Of a stretch of 64,000 bases of DNA, positions 34,834 through 45,569 are shown in pieces (position 1 is the first letter of the stretch; each line of letters starts with the position of its first letter). The position numbers and the translations under genes were made by a program. The DNA is from Picochlorum sp. SENEW3 (taxonomy: Eukaryota), in contig CP120454.1 in assembly GCA_034226945.1 (NCBI GenBank), forward strand, positions 1,488,001 to 1,552,000, given 5' to 3'. The notes under the pieces are model-generated. The model was not told the DNA's origin. It ran no database searches and worked only from the letters and a program-made list of their open reading frames with translations.

Positions 34834-36078
34834 ATGCGCAAATTCGCGGGGCCTACACAAACACTGGATCCAAGGACATTGGGCCGGACACTAGGGTTTA
34901 CAAAAGCTAATATAAATAAAATTTGCATCCATCGGGTCAGTCACCGCGATGATGCCGAGCAGTGTAGTAGTAGTCGTGGTAGAGAGGTGCCTCTGGAACG
35001 TTGCGTTATCGTGTCTCTCGCGGCCTCGTTGATGGTGTTTTCCAATCAGCCTGACGCGGATGCGTTGCTGTCTTCACCCAAAACTCAGATTCCGAGGACA
35101 GCAGAGGCTGCTCTGAGAAGGTCCGTCCCTGCATTCAACAGCAAAGTTTATGAGCTGCAGAAGAACTTGGAGAACATTGCATACCAATTACGGATACCCC
35201 AGCGCAAGCCTTGGAAGGATATGCAAGAGTATGCATCGAGGGCACGCGACCTTGCCCAAGACGAGAATGGAGTCCTAGAGGGAGTTCTTCCTGATGATAT
35301 TGAGGAGGCTCTCGACTTGTTGTCCGGTATCCAAAGTGATCTGAACAAGCTCTTGAAATCAATAGACATAAAAGATTCTGACCGGACCTCCATAAGAGTC
35401 GCAAACGCTTTGGAGCGGGTTGGTAACCTTGAGCTTCTGCAAACACCTGGTCTCCCGTATTCAATTCCGGCAAAGTACCAGAGTATGCCCAGGCTCACCG
35501 GTCGAGCCGTTGTGGAGTTGGTGATCCAAAAGCAGAAAGGGGCAGCTCCATTTTATGTGAATGAATCAGGTGATCGAGAGAGAGCGAAGATTCAAATAAC
35601 TCTCGATGGATTTGGAGCACCGTTGTCTGCAGGCAGATTTGCTAAAAATGTTCTCGACCATATCTATGATGGGACAACCCTCAGCGTCGATGATTCATCT
35701 GTGTTTGGAAATCCAAAAGAGCCACTTGATAGTGCTCAGATTCTACCACTTGAAATTTTGGCCAGAGGAGATTTGGAACCAACCTATGGCAACAGTGGAT
35801 TGGATGTAAATAGTGGCGAGATGCCCACATTGCCCTTGTCCATCTATGGATCTGTTTCCATGACAAGATTGGATGATGGTAACTCATCTGGCAGCGACTT
35901 TTTCATCTTCAAGTATAATCGACAGCAATCTGGTTTATCAGGGCTTTCGTTTGATGAGGGTCGATTTGGCGTATTTGGGTATGTCACGTCCAATGCCAAT
36001 GTCTTGCGACAAATTGACAATGGTGACATAATTGTCAGTGCCAAACTGATATCTGGAATCGACAAATTGAGGGAATAA
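34834..36078 (+). CDS. CYP37: Thylakoid-lumen cyclophilin CYP37-like
   Basis: Bipartite transit peptide; LSSPKTQIPRTAEAALRRSVP; PRLTGRAVV; DGFGAPLSAGRF; GLSFDEGRFGVFGYV. Confidence 0.88.
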   Translation: MRKFAGPTQTLDPRTLGRTLGFTKANINKICIHRVSHRDDAEQCSSSRGREVPLERCVIVSLAASLMVFSNQPDADALLSSPKTQIPRTAEAALRRSVPAFNSKVYELQKNLENIAYQLRIPQRKPWKDMQEYASRARDLAQDENGVLEGVLPDDIEEALDLLSGIQSDLNKLLKSIDIKDSDRTSIRVANALERVGNLELLQTPGLPYSIPAKYQSMPRLTGRAVVELVIQKQKGAAPFYVNESGDRERAKIQITLDGFGAPLSAGRFAKNVLDHIYDGTTLSVDDSSVFGNPKEPLDSAQILPLEILARGDLEPTYGNSGLDVNSGEMPTLPLSIYGSVSMTRLDDGNSSGSDFFIFKYNRQQSGLSGLSFDEGRFGVFGYVTSNANVLRQIDNGDIIVSAKLISGIDKLRE

Positions 36079-36142
36079 ACGTTAAATTACTACTTCTGTT
36101 TGATGCAGTACTTATATTTCTGTAAAAAAAACACAATTATCA

Positions 36143-37651
36143 TCAAATGCTTCTCCAAACTGCCCAATCCTGTCCGCTGCAATACAATTCCCACCCAGAC
36201 TCTGGTAGGAGGTTGCCCATGTCTGGCCGGGGCCCCAATTTGACCATAACTTTTCCATCAATCCTGGCAACATACATGTCTTTCTCGGCAGCCAAAATCT
36301 CCAGTTCCGAAGTGGCCTTTATTCCAGATGATTTTCGAAGCATTGCCAGCCTGCAGAGTGACTTTCCCATCTCAGAGCTCTCCATCAAATGCTCCCAAAA
36401 AATACAGGGAATTCCTGGGTGCGTCAAAATGTACGCATATCCTTGCATCACATGCTCGGATGGGAACGGCCAATGTTGCTGACTGGACCCGGTATCGTGG
36501 TTGTCAACAAATGTCACGGCCCTTTCACCCCACCATCCAAGCAAGCCAGGAGCCTTGCCCTCAGAGTCCATCATTCTGTCATATTCACAATTCTTGACTG
36601 CCTCCTGAAGCAGAGCCTTTGTCGCAAAATCAAACGCAGCTGCATACTCGGCCTCATCGAGCCAATCACATACCCTCTGCCTCATGGCATTTTGATTGTA
36701 TTCCAGGTATCCGTCAGTCCAGGCAGCATCTGACCAGTACTCTGCCACTGCAAACTCCCCATTCTGCAATGTGGAAGACACATACAACTTGGCACTCTCA
36801 CCATCGTATCCTTTCACAAAGTCAAGCCTCCATCCTTCGAAGCCGACATGAGATCGCAGCCACCTCAGCCAGTCTATGATACCCTCCTGAACCTTTGGAT
36901 TTGAATGGTCCAGATCAGGGCTCGGACCATAGTCATCCCCAGTGTCCCTGCTGCCCTTCCCATTGAAGTCTGGATCGTTGCATGTTATTGCCCATGGACC
37001 CCAGTCAATACGCGCTCCAGGGTGAGGAATATCGTCCCTGAACGTATTCCAAACCCCGTTCTCATCCTGGGCATCTGCACACCGGTGATTGATCACAACA
37101 TCTGCAATGGGCGCCATGCCCTGATCAAGTAGAGCCCTATTCAACGATACCAGCGAATCAAAATTCCCATATCGAGAAGATAAATCATAGTATTGAGTGG
37201 GTAAATACCCTTCTTTGGACACAGAAGCTGAGGGTGGTGGCAACCACACATGAGTACACTGCACAGACTTCATGATGGACAGTTCCTTTTCCACCATGCT
37301 GTACCAATGCCCATCGTGATTGCAGCTGTCCCATCCAAATGCCTGCACCATGATCACATCTTCCCAAGGGATCACGTTAGGTCGGGGCACGTTCCCAATT
37401 GAAGGGTATGTGCTGTCCTCTTGGCTCCCAGATTCTTCCCCTCCACTCCGCAGAGCACCCTCTGTCTCCTGTGCTCTCGCCACCATCAGATGGCCCTTGT
37501 AATTAAAAACCCTTACAATTCCATTATAGTTTTTCCACACAGATCCCCTCCGGAAGAGATCAGGAACCCGTACGGCACCACGAAAGGAAGAACCCTTCAC
37601 CGGAGTCACCCTAGTACCAGTTGCATTTGACATCTCGATTGCCGTCTGCAT
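36143..37651 (-). CDS. AMY: Alpha-amylase, GH13 plant type
   Basis: QAFGWDS, WLPPPS.SVS.EGY, ADVVINHR, GWRLDFVKG, FVDNHDTGS, GYAYILTHPG. Confidence 0.95.
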   Translation of the reverse strand: MQTAIEMSNATGTRVTPVKGSSFRGAVRVPDLFRRGSVWKNYNGIVRVFNYKGHLMVARAQETEGALRSGGEESGSQEDSTYPSIGNVPRPNVIPWEDVIMVQAFGWDSCNHDGHWYSMVEKELSIMKSVQCTHVWLPPPSASVSKEGYLPTQYYDLSSRYGNFDSLVSLNRALLDQGMAPIADVVINHRCADAQDENGVWNTFRDDIPHPGARIDWGPWAITCNDPDFNGKGSRDTGDDYGPSPDLDHSNPKVQEGIIDWLRWLRSHVGFEGWRLDFVKGYDGESAKLYVSSTLQNGEFAVAEYWSDAAWTDGYLEYNQNAMRQRVCDWLDEAEYAAAFDFATKALLQEAVKNCEYDRMMDSEGKAPGLLGWWGERAVTFVDNHDTGSSQQHWPFPSEHVMQGYAYILTHPGIPCIFWEHLMESSEMGKSLCRLAMLRKSSGIKATSELEILAAEKDMYVARIDGKVMVKLGPRPDMGNLLPESGWELYCSGQDWAVWRSI

Positions 37652-38132
37652 TGCGTATATTTATTATTATTATTTTCGATTGAACCCAGTGACAGTGCTC
37701 TCCTAACAAAAATGACCTTGCTGGGGTGCCATCGATCGATGCCTCGAGAGACCCTCGATTCGAGGCAGCGAATATTCCTTGGATCTGGGTGTTCAAATCT
37801 CACATCCCTTTCGCTCGTACAGTCTGTCCAAAAAACTTTATAAATATACAGTCAAAGGTGGGCATACGTATGCTGTATCGACTCTGAACGATACTGTTGC
37901 TGCTATTTTGAACAACAACCGAGTCACAGGTCGTCAACGACTCGCAAAGCCCTACCCTCTTGATGCATTCGTGCCATGAGATATTGCTTTTAGAATTGCG
38001 TTTTTGATACTCAGGAAGGTGACGAGAGTCGAGGTACAGCGTGGTGAAGATTCAACAACAACCGGAACAAACCCTCGCGAGAGTCTTCCAGGTTCTAGAT
38101 CTCACTCCGAGCTTAGTCTTTTGCGATTAAAG

Positions 38133-38840
38133 ATGAAGTTTCTAGATATCGCAACCCTGTCGAGGCTCAATAGCTTTTTGGACCATGTAGATGTAGGAGA
38201 AGTCTACGTCCGAGGGGAAATTGAAGCCTTCTCTTGCAAGCTGGCGGGGCTCGATAAGAAACTTAGCAAAAGTTTAGAAGAAGATGTGATGGAAAGTAGT
38301 TCACCGGAGCAGCTGGGGAAGTCTCCAGTGGGTCCGTTGTCGGAGTCAGGGTCGCGGAAGACCTTGGTCTACCTGATTTTGACCCTGAATCACATGTATC
38401 CCGATTATGACTTCACCCTGCTGCGGGCCCATCATTTCAGCAAAGAGGTTGGCATGTCAGCTGTCGAGGAGACTGTGGATGCGCACCTCGTCGAGGCTGG
38501 GAAGGTTTGGGAGAACACTCCAGGGTTTGGGGAGGAGCCCTTTTTAGACACGCTGTGGACAGCCATCGACGAGGTGATCAATTTAAAAGAATGTGATGTA
38601 TATAGCTACAAAAGTGACCTGGAAACAGATCCTTTTGGAGAAAAGGGAAGCGTTTGGTCTTTCAACTACTTCTTTTACAACAAAAAAGAGAAGAGGATTC
38701 TCTACTTTTCATGCCGTGGGCTATCAAAAACTGCAGTGGAGTTGTCTGAGACAACAGATTATAAATATAATACGGATGATGAGGACGATGAAGATACAGA
38801 TGGCGTAGCCACATCCATGGCAAATCAGATGGACCTGTAG
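38133..38840 (+). CDS. MAF1: RNA polymerase III repressor Maf1
   Basis: MKFLD, IEAFSCK, LILTLNHMYPDYDF, WSFNYFFYNKKEKRILYF, acidic tail. Confidence 0.96.
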   Translation: MKFLDIATLSRLNSFLDHVDVGEVYVRGEIEAFSCKLAGLDKKLSKSLEEDVMESSSPEQLGKSPVGPLSESGSRKTLVYLILTLNHMYPDYDFTLLRAHHFSKEVGMSAVEETVDAHLVEAGKVWENTPGFGEEPFLDTLWTAIDEVINLKECDVYSYKSDLETDPFGEKGSVWSFNYFFYNKKEKRILYFSCRGLSKTAVELSETTDYKYNTDDEDDEDTDGVATSMANQMDL

Positions 38841-38904
38841 TGAGGCTTTTGATACAATTATATCAATATAATATGTATTGATTAATATATATTATTGCAT
38901 GGTT

Positions 38905-39945
38905 CTAATTAGTAGTAGGCCGAGGCTCGTCTGGGGCAAGCGGCTGTCCCGAAAGTATGGATGTGCACTTGTCTTTCAACATGGCATTGGTGCCAAGAAC
39001 TCTTCGACTCATGATATCCAGTGGGCCACCTGCTGGGTCACAGGCCACTCCACCAGCCTCTTCCAGTATCTTCGCACCTGCTGCCATATCCCATGGACCA
39101 CCCAAACCTATCTCGAAATATGCATCCGCTCTACCGCACGCCACACTGCAGAGATTCAATGCGCACGACCCACAAGACCTGAGACCTCTCGTTTCAGCTG
39201 CCATTGCCCGGATCCTGGAAAAGGCAGCGTCTAAGAAGGCTTCGTCCCTTCTCGTCCCCAACTCTGTGATGAATATAGATGACTGCATATCCGATGCATC
39301 CGAGCATGAGATTTTAGTGTTATTCAAGTAGGCTCCCTGGCCATCTACTGCATGGAAGAGCTCATCTAGGACAGGATTATACACCACACCGACCACCACC
39401 TTGGAGTTGACCGCAAGGGCAATGCTAACACAGCAAAATGGAAAGCCGTGCACAAAATTCGTTGTTCCATCCACAGGATCCACAAGCCATGTTGGGGCAT
39501 TTGTCAGCTCTGGAACATGACCTAGTGCAGCAGTTTCCTCCTCGCCAATAAAGCAATGTTCGGGGAATTCCCGCTTCAAAATATCCCCAATGAGCTTCTC
39601 ACACTCTCTGTCGGTCTCGGTCACGAGGTCAATCGCCCCTTTGTGATGCACAGTTCTGCTTTCACTCCAAGCCTTTCTGATACAGGCTCCAGCCTCAGCA
39701 GCAGCCCTGATGGCGACAATCAGGCAGTAGTTATTGTCCACGCGGTAACTCATTTCATTCAATCCGTAACAGGATACTTTTATACCGTTTCTAAGGTGCC
39801 TATCGTGAGCACGCTCTTGAATTGCCGTGCCTGGAACTCTGAGAGCACTTGACAGCGAATTAAACCTCCCCTGTGGCGTCCAACGTCGCACGCACAGCTG
39901 TTGCATGTATTCAATATGCCGATTTTGAGTACTGAAGGTGCACAT
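38905..39945 (-). CDS. Inositol monophosphatase family protein
   Basis: DLVTETD, IGEE, TWLVDPVDGTTNFVHG, RSCGSCALN, WDMAAG. Confidence 0.95.
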   Translation of the reverse strand: MCTFSTQNRHIEYMQQLCVRRWTPQGRFNSLSSALRVPGTAIQERAHDRHLRNGIKVSCYGLNEMSYRVDNNYCLIVAIRAAAEAGACIRKAWSESRTVHHKGAIDLVTETDRECEKLIGDILKREFPEHCFIGEEETAALGHVPELTNAPTWLVDPVDGTTNFVHGFPFCCVSIALAVNSKVVVGVVYNPVLDELFHAVDGQGAYLNNTKISCSDASDMQSSIFITELGTRRDEAFLDAAFSRIRAMAAETRGLRSCGSCALNLCSVACGRADAYFEIGLGGPWDMAAGAKILEEAGGVACDPAGGPLDIMSRRVLGTNAMLKDKCTSILSGQPLAPDEPRPTTN

Positions 39946-40226
39946 TGTCCTTCACCACCGCTTGCTGATCCACAACCAGGATACTCGAACATTCGGCCCA
40001 TCCGACCACTCCTTTGATGGGCGATCAATCATTGCCCAATCAAGGCCATCCATCTCAACCAAACCACCAAAGACTCCGACATGGACACGTGTTGCCTTGC
40101 TGTATTGATCAATAAAAAATCCTATCGATACGACGATTGTACCATCGTAGTACTATACCACACAATACACGGCGTGCAGTGCACAGAAAGACATACTTTG
40201 TGGTTTGACGCTTCTCGGTTGTGGTC

Positions 40227-40835
40227 ATGATGCAGGTGACCTCCTTGCAGCATCAGAATAGGGGTATGTTATAGTTGATGTATAGGGTGACATTCAATAC
40301 GTTCAATCGACCGTCGACAGCCCTTGCCTGCGATTTCTCACGTGCCCCTGACGTGCCACTCACGCGAGCTCCCACCTGCAGGCTCTTTTGCTTCGAAAAC
40401 GTATATTGCTTCAAATAGAATTCTTTCGTGTCGATCACTTCGTGGATACAGAGGGGGAAGGAGGAACCTCGTCGTCAGGTGGGTTTTCTCTTTGTACCTG
40501 GGGTTGAATGTCGTTTCACCCGCTCAGGCTTTTTCTTTGATACTTGATCATGCAGAGCAGATAGAGAAAGCGGAAGCTTCTGGTCCGGGGTTGCAATCGG
40601 GGGTGTTGTCTTCGGAGTCCTTGGTTTTGTTTTTGCTCCTCAGATTTCAGAGGCACTCCTAGGTGAAGACCAGAGGCTGAGGCTTCCTCGATTCCTGGAT
40701 GAAGAGGACGACGACCCCGAGGTGACGAAGCAAAATTTAGCGGAGAAGATTGCTCAGCTGAATTCTGCGATCGATGACGTCAGTTCACAGTTGAAGACCA
40801 GAGAGAGCATTGATGAAGAGGAAGTCACTGCATAA
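40227..40835 (+). CDS. Small plastid envelope-type protein (YtxH-like TM plus coiled coil), multi-exon
   Basis: GFAIGGVVFGVLGFVFAPQIS...TKQNLAEKIAQLNSAIDDVSSQL. 5' exons inferred. Confidence 0.7.
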
Positions 40836-41058
40836 TAATGACTCCCTCAAAAGCCTAGTGATAGTACAATGCTCTATGAAATTATGATGAATGCTTCGCA
40901 GACAACGTGGGAGGCACTTTCAATGAAAATCCATTATGTTCAACATGGAAAGTTTCCATGGCACCATGGAAAAATCTATTGTAACAACGCCCCGCATCTG
41001 CTGCGCATATCAATTGACATATACACTTGTCGAGGGAATATAACATTAGGAGAGATCG

Positions 41059-41911
41059 ATGAGACTGATTACTTTCTTTGTATTCGCTGTCTGCGCTTTT
41101 GCGCCGATTAGGTACGTCGTCGTGGATCACGGCAGTTGTAGACGAACTGATGTGATGGCTTAGTGCCAGCGATATGATTCTATTAGATGCCATCGGATCG
41201 ATGAGTTTACGCTTTGGTTCATGCGTATTGCAGAGCAGAGGAAGCAGCCGAAGCTGTGGCCGATCAGCCCGAGAGGGCTTTCATTATGGCGAGAAGGGAC
41301 CTCAGTGATCTGAAAGTTAAAGAAGGTGCCCCTTTGACAATTACTGTTGAAGTTTACAACGCTGGGAACAGGTACGTGTCGGTCGAGTCTGCGGTGGCAG
41401 TTGACTGCAGTTGCAGTGCAGTGGACGAAACTCACACTCGGTATGTCTCTGCAGGGAAGCCTCTGACGTCTCGGTTTCCGATTCTGAATGGGCAGAGCAG
41501 TTATTCAGGACTGAAGGGGAGATATCTGGTTCCTTTGACTCTATTCCTGCTGGAGCGACCAAGAGCTTCTCATACATCATCACTCCCAAAGTTCCTTTGA
41601 ACAACTTTGAACATCCGGAGCTCAGCATTTCATACACGGATGGCGACAAAAAGATTGAATCCAAAGGTCCAAAGGAGTACCTCAAGGTCCATAGCAAGGA
41701 GGACATGATGAAGACCAATTTCCTCGAGGTGGGAGGCTATGTAACTCTCGGTATGCTGAGGAGTGAAGAACAGTGGATCAGGGCCGTCGTTATATTCGCA
41801 GGGAGCTTATTTGTGTACATTTTCCTCAATGTTGTGAGAAATGTTCGTGCAATGTTGGCAAACAAGAAGAGGAAGAGTGCACTCAAAGAATTCGGTTTCA
41901 AAGAGGAATAA
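41059..41911 (+). CDS. SSR2: Translocon-associated protein subunit beta (3 exons)
   Basis: Signal peptide MRLITFFVFAVCAFA; LTITVEVYNAGN..ASDV...IPAG...YIITPK; C-terminal TM. Confidence 0.75.
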
Positions 41912-41927
41912 TCATCATGTAAATTAC

Positions 41928-43164
41928 TTACTTTTTACAGCGTTGTCCTGTAGCAGCTGAATATGCTTCCTGAATCTCTGATGGAAGGGGAACATCCTGA
42001 GCCAACGTGGCAAGCATTCGGCCCACAAAATCTGGGTTTGTCTCTGCATCCATAACAACTGGCTCTAGGATGATTCTGGGTGGGAAGGCTTCTCGTATGA
42101 ATGCATCTTTCACACAGTTGATCAACATGTCTTCCTGCTGCGTTCTCGTGTACAAATGGAGCAGAGTAGTCTGCAGGAGTCGTCCACTTATGCATGGCCT
42201 CACCAATAGTATGTCCCTGGAAGGTTTGATATCACGCTCTAATGCACAAAGTCCCAACGCTGTCGCCAGCAGAACTTCGGGAATGCTTTCTAAAGCTTCT
42301 ATATCTCGCACCATGGTCAGCGCTTTCTGACCGAAAACGTGGCTGGCAGGCGAATTGGGACAAAAATCTGCATCCTGGATGTACCCCACACGGCCATCCC
42401 TGTCACTATAGTAGATGCCATTAAACCATATCCAAGAGAGAAAATTTCTAGCCCTCCGTTGCTCATCCCCAAATAAATACAACCGAATCATCGTGAAAGC
42501 ATCGTGGGCTGAAGGTTCCACCCCATACGTCTGCATCAGCCCAAGGCTATCCATCACTCCAGGCTTGTTCCTTGCTGCAACTTGGTTCTCTAACAAGCAT
42601 GATAGCGTATCCTTCCTTGAAGAGATATCTATGTCGTCGTGCGAATCCAGATGCTGTCGAAGCAGCGTCTCAGACTTGCTAGGACCTCCCCTGACACGCT
42701 CACAGGCTTGATACAAGGCAACTACCGTCCTCGGCGCCAGCTCGACCCCTCGCCGCCTAAGAGCTGGAACTACCCCCTCGATTGCATCAACAAGCGCTGC
42801 CTCGTTCCCTTCCTGCGCCACCGAATGCAGAACCTTGTTGCAAACACTCGGTGGCGGAAGCTTCAAGTATTTGTATTCGCTCTGCGCAATCACGGGCGTC
42901 TGATCCAGAGATTTCTTCAACATTTCCAGGGCACCCTGAACCTTTCCATTCATAATGAAATACCGCATTCTATTGTCACGCCCTGCACAACATCCGGTGG
43001 CTCTTTAGAATTCAGTTGAGCCATCCCAACCCCGGGACCATCCTGATCCACGTACGTGTCTTTGACAGGGTTGAATACACCCTATTCACTAAATTACAAC
43101 CATCCATTGCATGGCAAGAGTATATCTTGAAGGCCCTCAACGCTGTCGTCAAACGTTGGGACAT
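41928..43164 (-). CDS. Organelle-targeted helical-repeat (PPR-like) protein (intron 42983-43055)
   Basis: Presequence-like exon 1; degenerate PPR-like segments (CNKVLHSVA, MQTYGVEPS). Confidence 0.55.
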
Positions 43165-43255
43165 CGTGACTGCTGTGAATTCTCTTTTACAAGACACGCG
43201 ATACCATCCAACCCAGGTGATATCGTCATTATTTCAAATCCTTACAACTCAAAAG

Positions 43256-43996
43256 TTAAGAGAGCTGTCCACAGTTGTCAATCACAATCTGTGTCGATGT
43301 TCTTCCGCTGTCACTTCCATACGACTCGATTGCCTTGACCACCTCCATGCCCTTGGTGACGGATCCGAACACAACGTGCTTTCCATCCAACCACGCAGTC
43401 ATCGTGGTGCACAAAAAGAACTGAGATCCATTCGTGTTTGGGCCGGCATTGGCCATGGAGAGGATTCCTGGTCCAGTGTGCTTCAAAACAAAGTTCTCGT
43501 CCTCAAACTTGCTCCCGTAGATGGACTCCCCACCTGTCCCGTTTCCAGCGGTGAAATCTCCTCCCTGGCACATGAAGTTTGGAATCACACGGTGGAACGA
43601 GGACCCTTTGAAGTGCAAAGGCTTGCCAGACCTCCCGGTGCCCTTCTCGCCAGTGCAGAGACACCTGAAGTTTTCGGCAGTCTTTGGAACAACATCGGCA
43701 CGAAGCTGCATAAAACACGTAGTATTCCATAGTGCGGAGTCATCTCATGAGCCAGAACAAAGATGCACACATACCGTCATCTCGATGCGCCCAAGAGGCT
43801 GTCCTCCGGCAGAGACATCAAAGAACACAACTGCAGCAGCATTACCAGTGAGTGCCATATGTAAAAAAGTGCATCTAGCTGCTTTCGAGGTCGGACCCAT
43901 GGTGGAAACGCCCTTTTGTCCTCGATCGTGATGACGCAGTCTGATCATGAGTCCAACATCGATAGCACATCGCTATGCCATACCTGGATTAGACAT
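43256..43996 (-). CDS. Cytosolic cyclophilin A-type PPIase (3 exons)
   Basis: MSNP|VVFFDV...[60 protein letters not shown]. Confidence 0.97.
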
Positions 43997-44499
43997 ATTG
44001 GTACTTTTCTGTGTGGTGTAATAATCAGTTTTTGCTGGTGGGGAGTGGGGGGTGCGTTTCCCATAGACATATTTCGCATGTATTTTGCATAATGAGAGCA
44101 TGATGACGGTACTCCGGTGAACGGATTCTTTGACAGGCCTGAGACTGTCGCTCCCGTCTGTCCCAGACGCGAGTGGATTTCTCAGATACACAGCACCACC
44201 AGCGCTGTTATGACAGCATATTAATCTTACTTTTGTCAATATTTCATTGATTGAATCAATAAGGCTGCTCTGTTTGACTGCAAGCATCTTCACTCGAGAG
44301 GACTCGGTGGTGAAGACTTCAGATTTACTTGCGTCGTGTGCTTTGCAGAAAAGCGCCGTGCAATTTTATATTTCGACGTGTTGTGTTACAGTTACAGTTT
44401 TTTAGAACACCCTACTCCAAGCCCTGCGGCGTGGGAGAATTTAGAGTTGTACGGGAAAACGCACGATAGTGTCTGCAGCGCAGAAGGCATTTATATGTC

Positions 44500-45489
44500 A
44501 TGGGTGTGGACTCTTTGAAAATGAATAAAGACGAAAAATGTTCTGGGGGCTTTTCGATGGCTTCGCCGAGCAAAGACATGTCGAAGAAGGGGCGCACGAA
44601 GGCTACCCTGCAAGAGCTGCAGGCCAGAGACGCGCAGATATTGTTGGAGGGCGTGCGAGGTCTCCGGGGTGAGGGCAAAGGTCTTGATATCGGTATGCAT
44701 GGGGCATCTCGGGACGAAGGATGCAGCAAAGGGGACCAAAGCACCGCGTCTGGCCTGGAGAATGATCAGACACCAAGAGCGTCCATGTCATTTGCTGGTG
44801 ATGCTCACCTGGAACATGCTTTTGTGATATGGACGGCCCAAAACTGCCAGGGATTTAGCATCAGGCTGCACACCATGATTGTACTAGTATTCCTGATCGG
44901 TTTCGTAAAGTCTTGCATCATGCTTTGCTATGGAGAAGGATTATCAACAAATGTGGCATTGCTCGGAGCCATCCAGCTTTCAGTCGTTGTACATGAAATA
45001 TCTCAATTACGGAAATTAGTATCTGAGGATCTAAAGTCTCAGATGCAGCATGAAACTGTGAAGGCAAAGATGCATGCGTTCCTGCATTTTGGATCCATGG
45101 CTGCCCTGTTATTATCGTCAGAGAATATGACAGCTAGCCCCCTGCATATATATGCGACGATGGTCCTAGTGTGCCTCTCGATTGGAGACATGGTGCCAAT
45201 GCGGCATTTAATAAGACTTCAGATGGTGAAGAGTGCATGTATGTTGGCCACACTAGTCATTGGCCTGGCATTAGGCAACTTGGGGTTGGGCTCCATGTTT
45301 AAGCATACCCTGCTTGCGGCGGTCTTTGGTACAATAGTACCACTTGGTTTTGCATGCTGCTTTGAGTGCCGGCAGCGCCTGTGTTTCCTTCATGTGTGTG
45401 AAAGACCGGTCAGTCACCTGGGTCCAGCATGGAGCTATGTCGCAAAGCTTTGCATGAACATGTCAAATTCCACACAGAATTTGTACTGA
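44500..45489 (+). CDS. Uncharacterised multi-pass membrane protein
   Basis: 329-aa ORF with about 6 hydrophobic segments after a polar N-terminus. Confidence 0.65.
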   Translation: MGVDSLKMNKDEKCSGGFSMASPSKDMSKKGRTKATLQELQARDAQILLEGVRGLRGEGKGLDIGMHGASRDEGCSKGDQSTASGLENDQTPRASMSFAGDAHLEHAFVIWTAQNCQGFSIRLHTMIVLVFLIGFVKSCIMLCYGEGLSTNVALLGAIQLSVVVHEISQLRKLVSEDLKSQMQHETVKAKMHAFLHFGSMAALLLSSENMTASPLHIYATMVLVCLSIGDMVPMRHLIRLQMVKSACMLATLVIGLALGNLGLGSMFKHTLLAAVFGTIVPLGFACCFECRQRLCFLHVCERPVSHLGPAWSYVAKLCMNMSNSTQNLY

Positions 45490-45569
45490 AAGAGACCTAT
45501 TATTATTTACTTTTAGCTACTGCTATTATTTTCTCATTACAAATTCTCTAAGAAAAGATTGTAACCGTA

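Noticed and set aside
44100..44145. Possible C/D snoRNA (ATGATGA...CTGA)
   Set aside because: Too short, no terminal stem and no recognisable rRNA guide.
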